Assembly (NCBI GenBank): GCA_904063045.1
Contig: CAJFCJ010000011.1
Coordinates: 620,001-684,000, forward strand
From: Dimorphilus gyrociliatus
Taxonomy: Eukaryota > Animalia > Annelida
Direction of reading: 5' to 3'
DNA length: 64,000 nt
How positions within the stretch are numbered: the first letter of the stretch is position 1; each line of letters opens with the position of its first letter. Positions 11,584 to 24,300 of this stretch are shown piece by piece. Made by a program: the position numbers and the translations under genes. The notes beneath the pieces are model-generated. The model saw only the letters and a list, made by a program, of their open reading frames with translations. It did no database searches and was not told the DNA's origin.

Positions 11584-14500
11584 ATGATGATGAATAATGA
11601 CATCCAGAATTGTTTAGACCTTATCAGCATTTTGGTCTCCCCTTCCACTCAAGCAACATCTGGTTTGGAGAATCACTTTATTGCTAATAAAACTTTAATA
11701 GAAGATAAGTTAAAAGAAGATCAATATTCTTCACTTCGAAACATCTTGAAACGGAAGAAACTAGAATATTCAATACCGTTGACGTCCTTGGATCTAGAAA
11801 TTGCAAATTGCCTGATTAATCTTCTGTATACTTACAATGAGTTAAAATCCATCGAAAAAGGAAAAAATTCTTCTTTTGAGGAAATTTTATCACCCGAACA
11901 GAATCTGAACTTTTCGAGAGCATTCAAAATAATCTTCTCTTTTGGTTTAAACCCAGCGCTCGAAAAAGAAATTGTTCTTTGGGATGCTGATCGTTTAAGA
12001 TTAGGACTCTTACCATGGAATTTGAGACATTTAAGCAAACATCAACGATTCGAACAACTTCTATTCTTTACTCATCACTTATTGTCACTAGCCCAATGGT
12101 ACAAACCATACATGATTTCCAGATCTTCTCTACCTGTGGATATAATTTCTTCCTTTTTAACACTTGCTTTTTCATCAAACTGTCAACCCAATGATTTGAA
12201 AGAAAGTCGAATGGTGTACTTTGATCAATTGCAAAGTTTGTGCAATGTTGGAGACTTTGGCGGCGAAGCCACTTTTACTGCCATATTCTTAATGAAAGAT
12301 ATTCATATAAGTAGACCAGATAATTGGTTTAAACGAAAGATTAATCATTTTCTATTAAACTCTCTCCTTCGCAAGGGTGGTCTTGCTTCTTTCCTTTTAC
12401 TAAATGATACAACTAACTATGATGATGATAAGTCGGAATGGCGAAAAGCTGAAATTTCTGCTAAAATAGTCGTGGAGTGTTCGAAAATGGCATCAACTCA
12501 AGAGAGATTTCTAAAGTTCATTTGTCCTCAAATTATTGATATATTCCTCAATCCACAATATGCAAAAAGTCCAAGAATAATCTTTTACTGCTTGAGTACA
12601 ATAATTCATTCTCTTGTGGCTCACAACAAGCATTTTACAGCCATACTAGATAATTTGTTCTATCCTCTATTTTATTATCTAAATCCACCTACGGTTCAAG
12701 ATGAAACTCGTAAACCAAAAGGAACAGATTTGGTCAAGTGTATTGAACTTATGCACAAAATCTTTATCGGCTTTTGTGATCAACCAAATGAGCAGATGTT
12801 GAGATATCTAATTCCTTATATGCCTCTTTTATTCTCAATTTTGAAGGACTGTAAAACAACATACACAGCTACTAGATGTAGAGACATAATAGTCGCTTAC
12901 TTAATGCATCATGAAAAAAGTGAAGAAACTTTTTATAAGATATCTAGTGATCAAATGAAAAATGATATATTGTTACTTCGATTTAGTAATAAAGCAGATG
13001 GAACAGTGTTTGTATTGGAAAATTGCGAAAAGCTAAGCGACAAACATAGTGTAGTTGTTGAAGCGTTTACGTCTATTTTATCATCTACTCCAAAGCAATC
13101 GAAAATACTTTCACGCATTTTCTTACTTTTGATAAATAAGCTGGACGAAATTATTAAAGATGAAACTGTTATTGCAAATAACATACCAGTCGAAAAAGGA
13201 AATGTTGAGGAACCTCTAATGGAAATAGAGAAGAAGCTGTTGTATATAGAAGAAAGAAATGATAAAAAAATATTTGTGATGAAAAGCTTAGAACGACTTT
13301 GTCAGATGTCTCCTATTGTTCTTTTAGAAAATGTTTCAAACCTTATTCGATTCATAGCCCTAACTTTGAAAAGAGCAGCCATTTTACTAGAAGATATCAC
13401 TGATAGTGAGGTTATAGAATTTCAAATAATCAATGTAAACATGATTGCGGATATGCTACTATTCCTGTTAGAAACAAATTCAGATGAAGTATTTCAATTG
13501 AAAGCCGAAAATGTAGACGAACTCTCAAGTTTACTCCCTGCTTTATCAAAGTTAGAAATGATATACGGAGATTCTGAAGCTGCTGAAAAACTATTGAATT
13601 TGCGAATTGCTATTGCAACAAGGGGCAAAGTCATGAATGATAAATCTTCCGATGAATACGAAATTGTCCCTCCAACAAGTTCTAATGTTATAGATGAGGA
13701 ATTAAAAGCTATTACGGCACCTTTCTTAAGTAGATTAGAGAGCTTGTCAGCTAATACAGTTCATAATGGAATAATAAGCATACCTGAAGAAATTGAACAG
13801 GAGGAAATCAATGAATCTTTTCATAAAGTCATTAAAGACATAAGTGATCCGCTTATTCCTGTGAAGGGACATGCTTTAATTGTTTTAAAAAAATTGATTT
13901 ACAGTCGCGATGAAGAAACAATGAGAGAACAAGATCTTGTTGTACAAACTGTTAGAAAATTGCTTGAAAATGAAGACTCTTATGTTTATAGTGCAGCTAT
14001 CCATTGTTTACAAGCTCTTGCATATCAGAATGGAAATATTATGATACCTATTCTGTTAGATGAATATTCAAACGCCAAGCATCTTGCTATTAAAGTTCGA
14101 TTAAAACTAGGCGAAAGTCTTCAAAAGATAATCTGTGACCTTTTTGAAATGTTACCTAAATATAAAGACAGTATACTGTCGGTATTAATAGATGTTTTGT
14201 CAGAAGAGTCCGACATATTGAAAGTTAGTGGCTTATCGATGTTGGGTGATTGCTGTCGAATCCTAAAATACAACATTGGTATATATTTGTCTAGAATACT
14301 AACTATTGTAGAAAATCTACTTAACCTGGATAAAAGTATATTAGTCAAGAGGGCATCCGCTATGTTTATAGAATTTTACTTAAGGGGGTTTTCTACAGAC
14401 ATGATGGCAGTGAGTATCTGATAATATTAAATTAATATATTGACCATGTTTTCTTAATCTAGGAATATGCATCTGAATTGAAATCGTTGTACAAGGTTAT

Positions 14501-14672
14501 CAAACTCGGATTAAGCAACGAGATTGATGATTTGGTTATACATCATTTGTCTGCTGCCAAAGAAAACTTAGACGAATTAATGAAGTTATTTTTCCAGCCT
14601 GCTCAAAACTTAGAGAAAACGATATTTGTAGCTGACTCTGCACCAGATCCTTTCAAAGACGCCTTTCTTTAA
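11584..14672 (+). CDS. TANGO6: Transport and Golgi organization protein 6 (TANGO6/RTP1 family, HEAT/ARM repeats); intron ~14410-14462
   Basis: RTP1_C1-like segment ISDPLIPVKGHALIVLKKLI..EDSYVYSAAIHCLQAL..RLKLGESL. C-terminal exon DDLVIHHLSAAKENLDE. Confidence 0.88.
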
Positions 14673-15061
14673 ATTTTACATTGTTGTAAACAGATTTCCT
14701 CACGTACTTGTTCAATGGACATTCATATTAACGAATAAAAACATTGATAGAGCTGAAAACCCCTTACAATAAATGATCTTTTGTATCAATAGCCTTTTGC
14801 TCTTATTGATTCTTATTTGTAATAAATTATGTAAAATAACTAATTTAAGTTTAGAATTTAATTCATGAATAGTATTTTCTTTATATTGAGCAACCAAGTA
14901 CTTGTCACTTTAATAGGCAAATTGTCCCACAAAAAAAAATGAATCAGTGATAAATAAAGCTGTAATAGTAATAAAATAATAATCTGCAACAAATATTGAA
15001 TTGATTTGAAATCTGGCAGAGTTCAAGGCAATGAAGCGCCTTGCCTTAAAAAATTTAATGT

Positions 15062-18000
15062 CTATTTTTCTTCACCACTACTTGAGGATGGTGGTGTGCC
15101 ATTACTGTCTACAGCCACTCGAGGAGGATGCTTTAGGATGCGCTTTGCACGAACATCATAAACCCTATAACACAGGAAGACAGTATCAGGACTGGCATTA
15201 GCATCCGGCATTTTAACGCAAGTTTCGCCGGGTGGAACAACTGGCATCGAAAGAGGTAGATGAGCTCTCAAACGCTCTTGCTCCTTCTTAAACCTGCAGA
15301 ATTGCGCTTTGGTAAGAACATGACATATGTCGTCAATAGTCTGCACATTTGCAATATCAGCATGTCGGGAAGCAAATACTTCAGATTTATGATGGGAAGG
15401 AATATGACTAGCCTCTGTTTGTTCTGGTCTGTAATACCACAGAATGCTCATCATCATCTCTCTAGAGTTTTCATCTTCCCATAGGGCTGCCACTTTGGCA
15501 ATGAAGGGTGCAGAAGCTTTACGCCTATTAGCTTTGACAAGAACGCAATCCCGAATTCGCACAATGTCACCGTCTTTATGTTGGATTGCAACATAACATT
15601 TTCTCTTAACTAACTGCATGGGAGAATTATGCGGCGAATTTGGGCTTGCTCCACAGGACGACGTTCCGTTACTCTGTTACGAAATACAAACACATTATCA
15701 TACAAAATCTACAATCAAACATATACGTACTGATTTCGTTGGCAAGGGGGCATGGTGAGAAGGTATCATTTTCATACTAGGTTCACCAATCCATTGCCAC
15801 TTGCATTGCTTTTTCGATCCATTGTCCTCAGGCGGACGTCTTTTTGGCGTGGAACCATCATTACTTCCCGACTGGCGTTTTCGTTTTGTAGATTTGCCAC
15901 TACCAGATGAACTTTTAGACGATGGCTTGCTGGCTGAAGTTGGAGCGTTCGGTGTTTGTTTAACAGGCGAGGGAGGTTTTGGAGAAATCCTTGGCTGAAG
16001 CTGAATTGGAGTTGCCACGCTATGAGGCGTTGGTAAAATATTACCTACAACCAAGTGCGAATGAGGTTGAACTGCACTACCTAAACGTTGTACCATGTGG
16101 CGCTGAGGCGCTATAGGCCTAAAAGCACATGCTAGATTCGTATTTGTTTTAATATCATGCCTTATAAAGGGCAATGGCTGCGGCCAACATTGTTGTTGCT
16201 GCTGGACGTATAGTCTCTGTCTCAATTGAGGGCAAGGCGAAATTTGATCATAAACAGGAGCTCCATGAACAGGCACATTGAATAACGAAAAAGTCGGTCT
16301 GTTGTCCGAAGCTTGAGCGGCGACTGAAGGTGCAGTGAAACATTGAGAATTTGAAGCGAAGGAAAAAGCGTGTACAGGAGGACGTTGCAGTCTGCTAGAA
16401 GGTCCCAGAGGAGTTGGAACGAACGGCACAATAGGTTGGGGAGGAGCTTGCTGTCTGGGTTGAACGGACGCGGACGGACGAGTAGATACAACCATTACAG
16501 CTGTACAGGAAGTTGTCAAACTTGCTCTGGCCTGATCAGGTGAAGATGACGATTTTGACGATTTTTCACTTTGGGAAACTTTTCCTTTTTTCTTCCCTTT
16601 TGACGAATCTGTAGGAGTCTCTTCGCTATAAGCTGCCTGAAGTATAGCCTAAAAAAACCGACAATACATATTTGAAATATTATTTTTGCGTTATAGATAT
16701 AAAACTACCGTTGCATTCAGTGACGCCATTCGCTTTGCAGTCGGGCCATCTATTACAACATTTTCTGCTGCCTGCTTCCTCTTTCTGACTTTCTTTTCCT
16801 TTTTCGTGACTTCCGTAACTTCTTTTTGACCTTCATCCTCATCTTTCTGTTTCCTAGCCGGACTTTTTTTCTTGGATTTCTCAATAGTTTTATCTTTAGA
16901 ATCTTTTCTAGACTTTAAACTCATCTTCTTTTCTGAGTCATTTCCATCTTTTACCGAGGATTCTGTTTTCTGAACACTATTCATAAATTGAAGTTCTTCG
17001 TCCGTATCCTTTTTTTTAGATTTTTTCTTATTAGTTTTTGTCGTATCATCTTTAGGCCTTCCTCTTTTTGCCTTCTGCACCTCTGGTTCTTTTTTTCCTG
17101 TCAGACTAGAGTCAACTGATGAAGCATTTGACTTAGGTCTAATTGGTTCGTATATAGCTGATAATATGGCTCCGGCGTTTAAGCATGCTGTCCTCCTAAC
17201 ATGAGGAGATCTAAGGTTCACCTTTGGTTTGCTTTTAGGAGATACTGATTTCTTTTTTTTCGAAGGAGGTTTTTTAGACGACGAATTTACAGGCGGTGTT
17301 TTTGCCGGTGATGTTTTTGCTGGAGATGCTTTTTTCGATATTTTTACTGGCGATGTTTTTGCTGGTGATGTTTTCTTCGGTGATGTTTTTGCTGATGATG
17401 TTTTTGCTGGTGATGTTTTTAATGGAGGTGTCTTTTCGTTATCTTTCTTTGATTTTGTTTTAGAGTTAGTTTTATTTTTTTGTTTTAAATCAGGAGAGTT
17501 GGTTACTCTTCTTCTAGTTTTCGGTAATGTTGCAGAGGGCTTTAATTTTTCTTTCTTTTTCGGACTGGCTCTTTTTTCTTTCCGTTGAGGTTCGTCATCC
17601 CCTTTCTTTTTTCTTTTTCGTTCTGGCGAATTAGACTTCGACCTGTTCTGAGCCCTTTTCACAGGGGTTGCTCGAGTAATTTTTCGTCGCCCTCCTTTAT
17701 TCCAATCAACTTTGACGCCTTTATGAACGCCAGGGATAATTAAAGATACTTCGTTTTCATTATATGTAGGCTGTTTCTCATATCTTCTGCGCCTGCTTGT
17801 GGTATGCTTCTTAGGACTAGGTGTTGTAGGAGTAGATTTTTGTCTCTGTACACAAATACACGAGAATATAAAATAAATGTGGCTAATGACATTATTCTGA
17901 AGTAATTAAGGCCACACTTTTGTCTCCAGACGCACGACGTTTCGTCGAATGAAAAAATGTATCATATGAGTATTTTTACTGTGGTGTACGGGTAAAATTT

Positions 18001-19144
18001 TTATATTTCTGACTATGAACTAGAAAGCGAACTACAAAAAAAGCTTTCGCACAATATGTGTTTTTGTTTGTTGCTTCGCAATAAATCGTCGTGGCGCAAA
18101 TTTGCGCCTTTCACTTACAACTCGCGACACCTATCGGACAGCTTTTTTTTTACCTAAATGAAAATAGACATTAAAAACAAACAACTCAACACGTAATTCT
18201 GCTCTTTTCCGTAAATAATTCGAGGACAGATTCAAAGTAATGATAGTACAATTTTATGCATTTTATAGTCTTAGATTTACTTGCAACAGTTTTATCAGAA
18301 CTATGCAGTCTGAGGAAATAAAAATGTCAACGTATCGAAGCAAATCAATGGAGTATTCAAACCAATGCCTTTTTGAATCTCGTTGAAGAATATTAGTGGC
18401 TGTAAGCTATAGACCAAAACTAAATATGAATATTAAGATTATGCTATCAAAATGCCTATTGTTTTATTATGAATCTCACTGATAGTTGGATAACGGACAA
18501 TTCCAATTTAGATGAACAACAGTTTTAGCTTGCCTATCTAGACTCTCCTTTAGAAGCATGGTTAAACACCTGCTAAGCGACCTTAGCGTTACCCAGTACG
18601 ATTACGATGAGAATCGGAATGTTTTTTTCCGAAAATGATGCAATCGAAGATCATTAGTCTCTCCTAGACACCTATATCGTTGAGTAGATCAGCACTAATT
18701 GTAATCCTAAGACAATTAGAGCCAAACGAGTGGTCATCTTAATAAGTTTTAGATAAAAACAGCTTTTGGCGGGACGGCGCACTAGAGACAATTACATCAA
18801 TTAAATTATTCCCTTTTATTTCCCAGGCAGTTGGTCATGAAAAATAGATTATAATTGTCCATATTTTGATTTATAGAAAGCTACGGAAACTTTAAAAACC
18901 ACAATTATTATAGTTTCACAACATTAGCGCGCGGAAACTAGAGCGTTAAGGAAGCATTATCGGCGCGCACAACGATAAACACACATCAAATTTCTGAAAT
19001 CGGTAACGATTCTAAACTATTTACTTAATTAAATCGATACTTGAATGTCTTAAGAATGAAATCCTTTGCAAAATTTACCGTTAATTTGTTCTTCGTTTGG
19101 TTATTTTTCGACTTTACAGTCGACGATGCGCTGCCCGCCGCCAT
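15062..19144 (-). CDS. BAHD1: BAH domain-containing protein 1 (heterochromatin adaptor); proposed exon 1 19144-19079, large exon 2 from 17845
   Basis: The C-terminal BAH domain (IRDCVLVK..PFIAKVAALWED..MMMSILWYYRPE..EVFASRH..VFLCYRVYDVRAKRILKHP) matches BAHD1, as do the RRTACLNA and KRMASLNA motifs. Exon 1 (22 codons, phase 0, GTAAAT donor) joins in frame to the CAG acceptor at 17846, and that frame is open into ORF 16691-17662. Confidence 0.88.
17292..17420 (-). repeat. 15-bp coding tandem repeat (TSPAK-type S/T-P-x-K units) in BAHD1
   Basis: ggtgatgtttttgct-like unit repeated about 8 times; translates KTSPAKTSSAKTSPKKTSPAKTSPVK..ASPAKTSPAKTPP. Confidence 0.9.
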
Positions 19145-19198
19145 GTTGTTGGGATGACGGTCGTTCGCCAAATGCGTTCCGTTCTTTTCGCCGATTGG
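19137..19198 (-). promoter_or_regulatory. BAHD1 core promoter: CCAAT box (19194-19198) plus YY1-type AACATGGCGGC overlapping the start codon (19137-19147)
   Basis: Motifs read directly in a locally GC-rich patch. Confidence 0.55.
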
Positions 19199-19441
19199 CG
19201 CGCGTTTTTTAACCAACCTCTGGATTTAAATTTACTTTTAACTTGTACGAGTATTACTTAACATTTTGCAGTGTCTTATACTCAATAATTACTTTTTATT
19301 AAGTTATTTGTATAAACGGATTTGGAGAACTGCCAGAATCAAAATTCAATTCATTTAGATAAAAACACCATTCATATTGTAAGCATAATAGATAAAAAAA
19401 AATGTTTATACGAGCTTAAATTATTAATAATTTCTACCAAT

Positions 19442-19921
19442 TTACACATTTGTCGCATTTTCCTCTTTTTCGATTTCGGCCATGACCTTGTTAAAATCTT
19501 GAGAACCGTCTGGCAAACTACCCCGCTGTTTTGATGCTTTTGAGATTGGAACTGTAGGTTGTTCCTCATCAATTAAGAAAGAAACACTTTTTCGTCTAGG
19601 AGAAACCGGTGCAGGCAAGACGCAAGAAGTACCTTTTTGGATTGCCTTCGGTTCTGGGGGTCGAGGCAGAGCGCTTCTTTTAATAAATCTCACGGCTGTC
19701 TCCTCAGAATTCCAAGACTTTTCCGGTATAGTTATTTTCGTTCCATAATATAATTGGCTAGATTGTCTTTTTACATTATTTTTGGGTGAATCCATGCTCG
19801 AATTTTTATCCATTATATAGGAGCTGCTAACTCTTCGTTCAATTCTTCTGATATTTGCATAGCTATTACTTACCAAAAAATTTGGAAGAGCAAAAGTTCC
19901 CCTTCTAGGTTTTGTCTCCAT
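19442..19921 (-). CDS. Orphan, likely disordered protein (start ATG 19921 or 19813) with RVxF-type motif RRKSVSF
   Basis: Long stop-free ORF in AT-rich DNA with protein-like composition. Candidate TATA (CTATAAATAG on minus, 20206-20215) upstream. No family recognised. Confidence 0.5.
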   Translation of the reverse strand: METKPRRGTFALPNFLVSNSYANIRRIERRVSSSYIMDKNSSMDSPKNNVKRQSSQLYYGTKITIPEKSWNSEETAVRFIKRSALPRPPEPKAIQKGTSCVLPAPVSPRRKSVSFLIDEEQPTVPISKASKQRGSLPDGSQDFNKVMAEIEKEENATNV

Positions 19922-21150
19922 TATTAGAAACAGACAGGTCAATTTTCGATATAAAAAATTTGATTAGACAGAATTGAAATTGGGCAATTCCACTGTAGGA
20001 TATGACATTATACACACTCAAAAATTAGATTTTTCCAATACAGATACATTAAAATATAACACTACGTATTAAATGATCTATTTTAATCAATTATCGCATA
20101 AAATATAAGAACTCTGGGAGTATATTCGCTTTAAATCCCTTCAACTAACACAGTAAATATGAAAGGCAATTACGGAGAAACTGTCTTGAGCGCCACATTG
20201 CGTAGCTATTTATAGCAATTAAATAAACTTGTCCTTTTTTTTCATCCAGTGCACTTATAATAAATTCTTTTAATAAAATTGTAAGAATATACCCGAGATA
20301 TAAAAAGAACGAGGGGTCAAACATTCTTCACTGCTATTATTATCAGTACCCTAAATAGGAACGCTCTTAAAGTTTATTCGATCATTGTTGTTTCTACCCA
20401 GTTGCCATCAACAAGTTGACGCTACCGTCACTTAGATACTACCTACCTACCAACAATCACTGTCATCTTTTCGAAAGTATAACAACTAGCTGAATATATA
20501 ATTTACTATTTAAACAAGCCATGGTGTCATAAAGTATAAGAATTTCTCATCCTGTAGTTTTCGATATTTCTTCTCTAATACATCTTCTCTATTTACATTT
20601 GTGGCAAAAAGCACATCATATCTTCCGTCTTTAAAATTCTATTGTAATGTAATAGAAATACAATCAATATAATCCTAACATCAATATAGCCACTAGAACT
20701 TTAGTGGTAGCGTTCAGGGAAAATAACTTGATTGATTTCAATCAGTTTTCATTTGAAAGAAATATAATGGTTCATAGATTAGCTTTAATAATAGCAATAG
20801 TTGAGGGTATTAATCGCTTGAATAAATTTTTAGAGTGAATATATAAGTGTTATATTTTGAATAGCAGTTGTAACGCCTTTTATTCCACGGCGTGTGTCTG
20901 CCAAACAAGAAGGTAAGCGCTATTTGGCTATAACAATCGAATCAACTATGTGATTGTTTCGTTAAAAATAAGCATTAATGAATAGCATCGAGGGCCGTGA
21001 TATTTTGTTCATTGTGCAGAACCCAACTCTATTTTTGTTCTTTGTATTTCTTTAATACCAATATTAATGATTATACAAGATATGCTATAAAAAATAAATA
21101 AATCTTAAATGCAGATGAAAGTATGAAAACACACGATATAAGAGACACGT

Positions 21151-21213
21151 AGTATATATACTGTATATACTGTATATAAAATTTATACTGTATATATACT
21201 GTATATATGCATA
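21151..21213. repeat. Short imperfect tandem repeat (tatatactg)n
   Basis: About 4 copies read directly, downstream of astacin A. Confidence 0.6.
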
Positions 21214-21363
21214 TTATATGCAGTTGCTTAAATATTCTAAATCCGTCGAATAATAGTCACTGTCGATCATTTTATTTGAACCTAAGTAAGCCGTGACCAG
21301 CAACGGCCTTCATTAATTTTTTAATACTTATCAGAATCAATATTGCAAGAATTTCACTCCTCT

Positions 21364-24300
21364 CTATCTGGACTCTATGCAGTCAGCAGTTTTTGTAAGC
21401 TTAATTGTATCAATGGCAATATCTCCGGAATAGCCTTTGGCTCTCCATGCTCCAAAGGTAATCTGGGTATAGGAATCAAACTTATACATATTTCTTAAAA
21501 AAATCTATTTCTTACTTTGTCATTGTAATCTAAACTTATAGAAACTGTGGCTTTCCTCCAAATTGTACTTGTTGTTTGTTGTTTACTTAAGGCCCAAACC
21601 TCTTCAAGTTTGTTGGCTGATTCTTTAAAAATTGATAGTTTACCAATATGAAATCCATACATGTTGTACATAAATTCTAGGCAGTGTTGTCCTCCAGAAC
21701 TTAATGCCGGAGTGGAAATTCTAAGAATATTTAGAGTTTAGAGATTATAAAAAGGTTCCATTTCCTATAATAATACTTACAGTGCATAATCACGATTATT
21801 TTTATTGGTGGCTTCAATGTAAAGGTAAAAAGGTAAGGAATCTGCTTCTCTCGGACCTGTTTTAGAAGATTTTGTCTCGCCAGAATGAATTGTCCAATCA
21901 AACTTATCTTCATCAGATTGAATCATATTGCAAAGAGTTTTCTGACCACTCTCCGTTTCGAAACTGCAGGAAAAAACTATTAGGTCACCTTTAGTTGTTT
22001 GCAAAGTTGAAGTTTGAGATTCTGTTGTGCTTTCGAAAAAAACTGAATCGCTTTGTGTTGATAATGACGGAATCGTTGTTATCTGGTAAGTTGTCTGTTT
22101 CGAGGTATTTTCGGTTGTTTCTGATTTTGAATCAAAAGCTGTAGAGATTTTAGAAGTATCAGTTGTAGATGGAGCTAATGTTGATTTTAAGTCTTTGAAA
22201 GTAGAAGGATTACTTTGTGTTTCTTCTACAGACAATTCATTTGTTGTGATGTCATTTTTACCGACTGAGACTGAGAACTTTGTTGAAGATGTTTCGTGTT
22301 GAATTTCTGTTGTTTCTCTATACGTATTTGTTTGAGACGCCGATGACGACGACGATGATGATTCTGTTGACATACTTGGGGTTTCAGTTGAAGGTGAAGA
22401 CATATTAAATAATGATGTGGTCAAAGTAGTTGGGAATTTCGTTGAAATTGTAGTGTCTACTGTTGATTCATCTTTGTAAAGTGAAGTTGTTTGGGAAGAA
22501 TCTGTCTTGGAATGGGAATTTTGCGTAAAATACGTGGTAAAACTTTTTTCTGTTGATTTTTTTGTCGTAATTTTATTTTTTTTATTAGTTGTCGCCAACG
22601 GAAGAAGAGTCCAATATGTAGTGTCAATTCTTTCTGTAACGGCTGCAGGAGTTTTTGAAGTAGTTTCTTTAATTAGTGTGGACAGGTTCATTGTCATTGT
22701 GGATTGTTCTGGATCCTCCTTTGTACTTGTCATCAAAGGAGTAGAAAATTCTGTGACAATATTGCTTGTAACTGAATCTGCCGTAGATTGTTTTAGACTC
22801 GTTTCTCTATTTGTTATTTTAGACGTAAACGATTCGGTTGGAGGGTCTGTCTTAACTGAAGCTGTTGTAGATATCCCTAGCGTTGTTTCTTTAGTTGTTG
22901 AAATTAATACATCAGGATTTCTATGGCATATTTTAGATTGTATCCAACTAATAACAGACTTCTCATTCAGCGTCTTGAAATTTCTTAACCATATAGTATT
23001 ATCGCCATAGGGCTCCGAAATTAATGGTCCTAATTCTTTCCATCTAACATATCGTGATATACTAACTATGACTACTTTAACACCAAGCTCCTTGAGTTTG
23101 TTAGCTTCTAAAATAGTCTGATCATTCTCCACAGATGACGGTCCATCTATAAACATTAAAGCAATTTTATGCCGCAACATTCCTAACTGATTATCTTCGT
23201 ATAATTTTCTTGCTTTCCTGAAGGCGTCAGCAACATTACATCCTAAACTTTTCTTTGGTTTAACTTTAGATTTAATAGCCTTAGCAAAATAAATGTAACT
23301 TGAGTAGTCTCCAAAATCTATATTAGTTGTTGCTTCATCTCCAAACGATATTACACCAAGTCTAATTGCATCTTCCTGCAAATTCAGTGGTCTATTAACA
23401 GTAATTAAGGTCCTTTGTAGCTGTCCAACGTTAGACGATTTTGTAGAATCGAGTAGGTACAATATATCAGCTGCTTGACATTTCTCAAAGTTAATTTCTT
23501 CGATTTCAAGCGGTGGTGGTATAGGTAAATATTCTACTTTCTTTGTAGTCAATGGAACACTAGTTGTTGCTTCGGTAGTTTCGGAAATGGTTGTTGCTGC
23601 AGTTGTAACTGTATAATACAAGTTATATAGTTTTTGATTTAAGATTAGATAGGGTTCTTATTAATATAATAAATTAAAATATCTTTTTCAGAAACTAGTC
23701 TGCTTGGCGTGGTTTTGAATGAAATATTTTAGAATACTTAATTATTCATTGATCAGGCCTATTTTATTTGCAGGAGAACTGTCAGTTACAGTTGAACTCA
23801 AATAAAATTTGTTTGTATAAGTTAAAATATGTGGATCCACTTACAAACATAATCTTTCGGTACAGCCTTTAATACCAGTTTAAATCCTTTATATTTCTGT
23901 GGAAGTTTTACTTTAGAACGAAACGTAACAATTATATCCGTTTTTTTACTTCTTATAACCGATTTTGGTCGATTGAAACCACAAAATCTATAATTCATTA
24001 ACTATATCGAAATAATATTAAGTTTTTGTTACGATATTTACCTTGGTCCCGTCAAGGATTTATCAGGTAAATACTTGATTTCAACCCAATGATAACAAAT
24101 CGTATTTAGATAAATAAATATTTGAAAGTCATTGACAAATTCGGCTACAATATCTGCATTTTTTGGCCCTGATATTCTCCAGTTGCATTCTAAAAAGCTA
24201 CTATACATAGAATCACCATAATTAGGGCTAATCAGCTCTTTTGTTTGCCACATATCTAAGAGAATATCTTCAGAGCAATTACCTAAAGTCGGAACATAAT

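Noticed and set aside
17229-17588. ORF with GDVFA repeats
   Set aside because: Antisense reading of the TSPAK repeat in BAHD1.
22507-23010. 167-aa Val-rich plus-strand ORF
   Set aside because: Antisense to the Thr-rich linker of astacin A (ACN codons read as valine-rich on the other strand).
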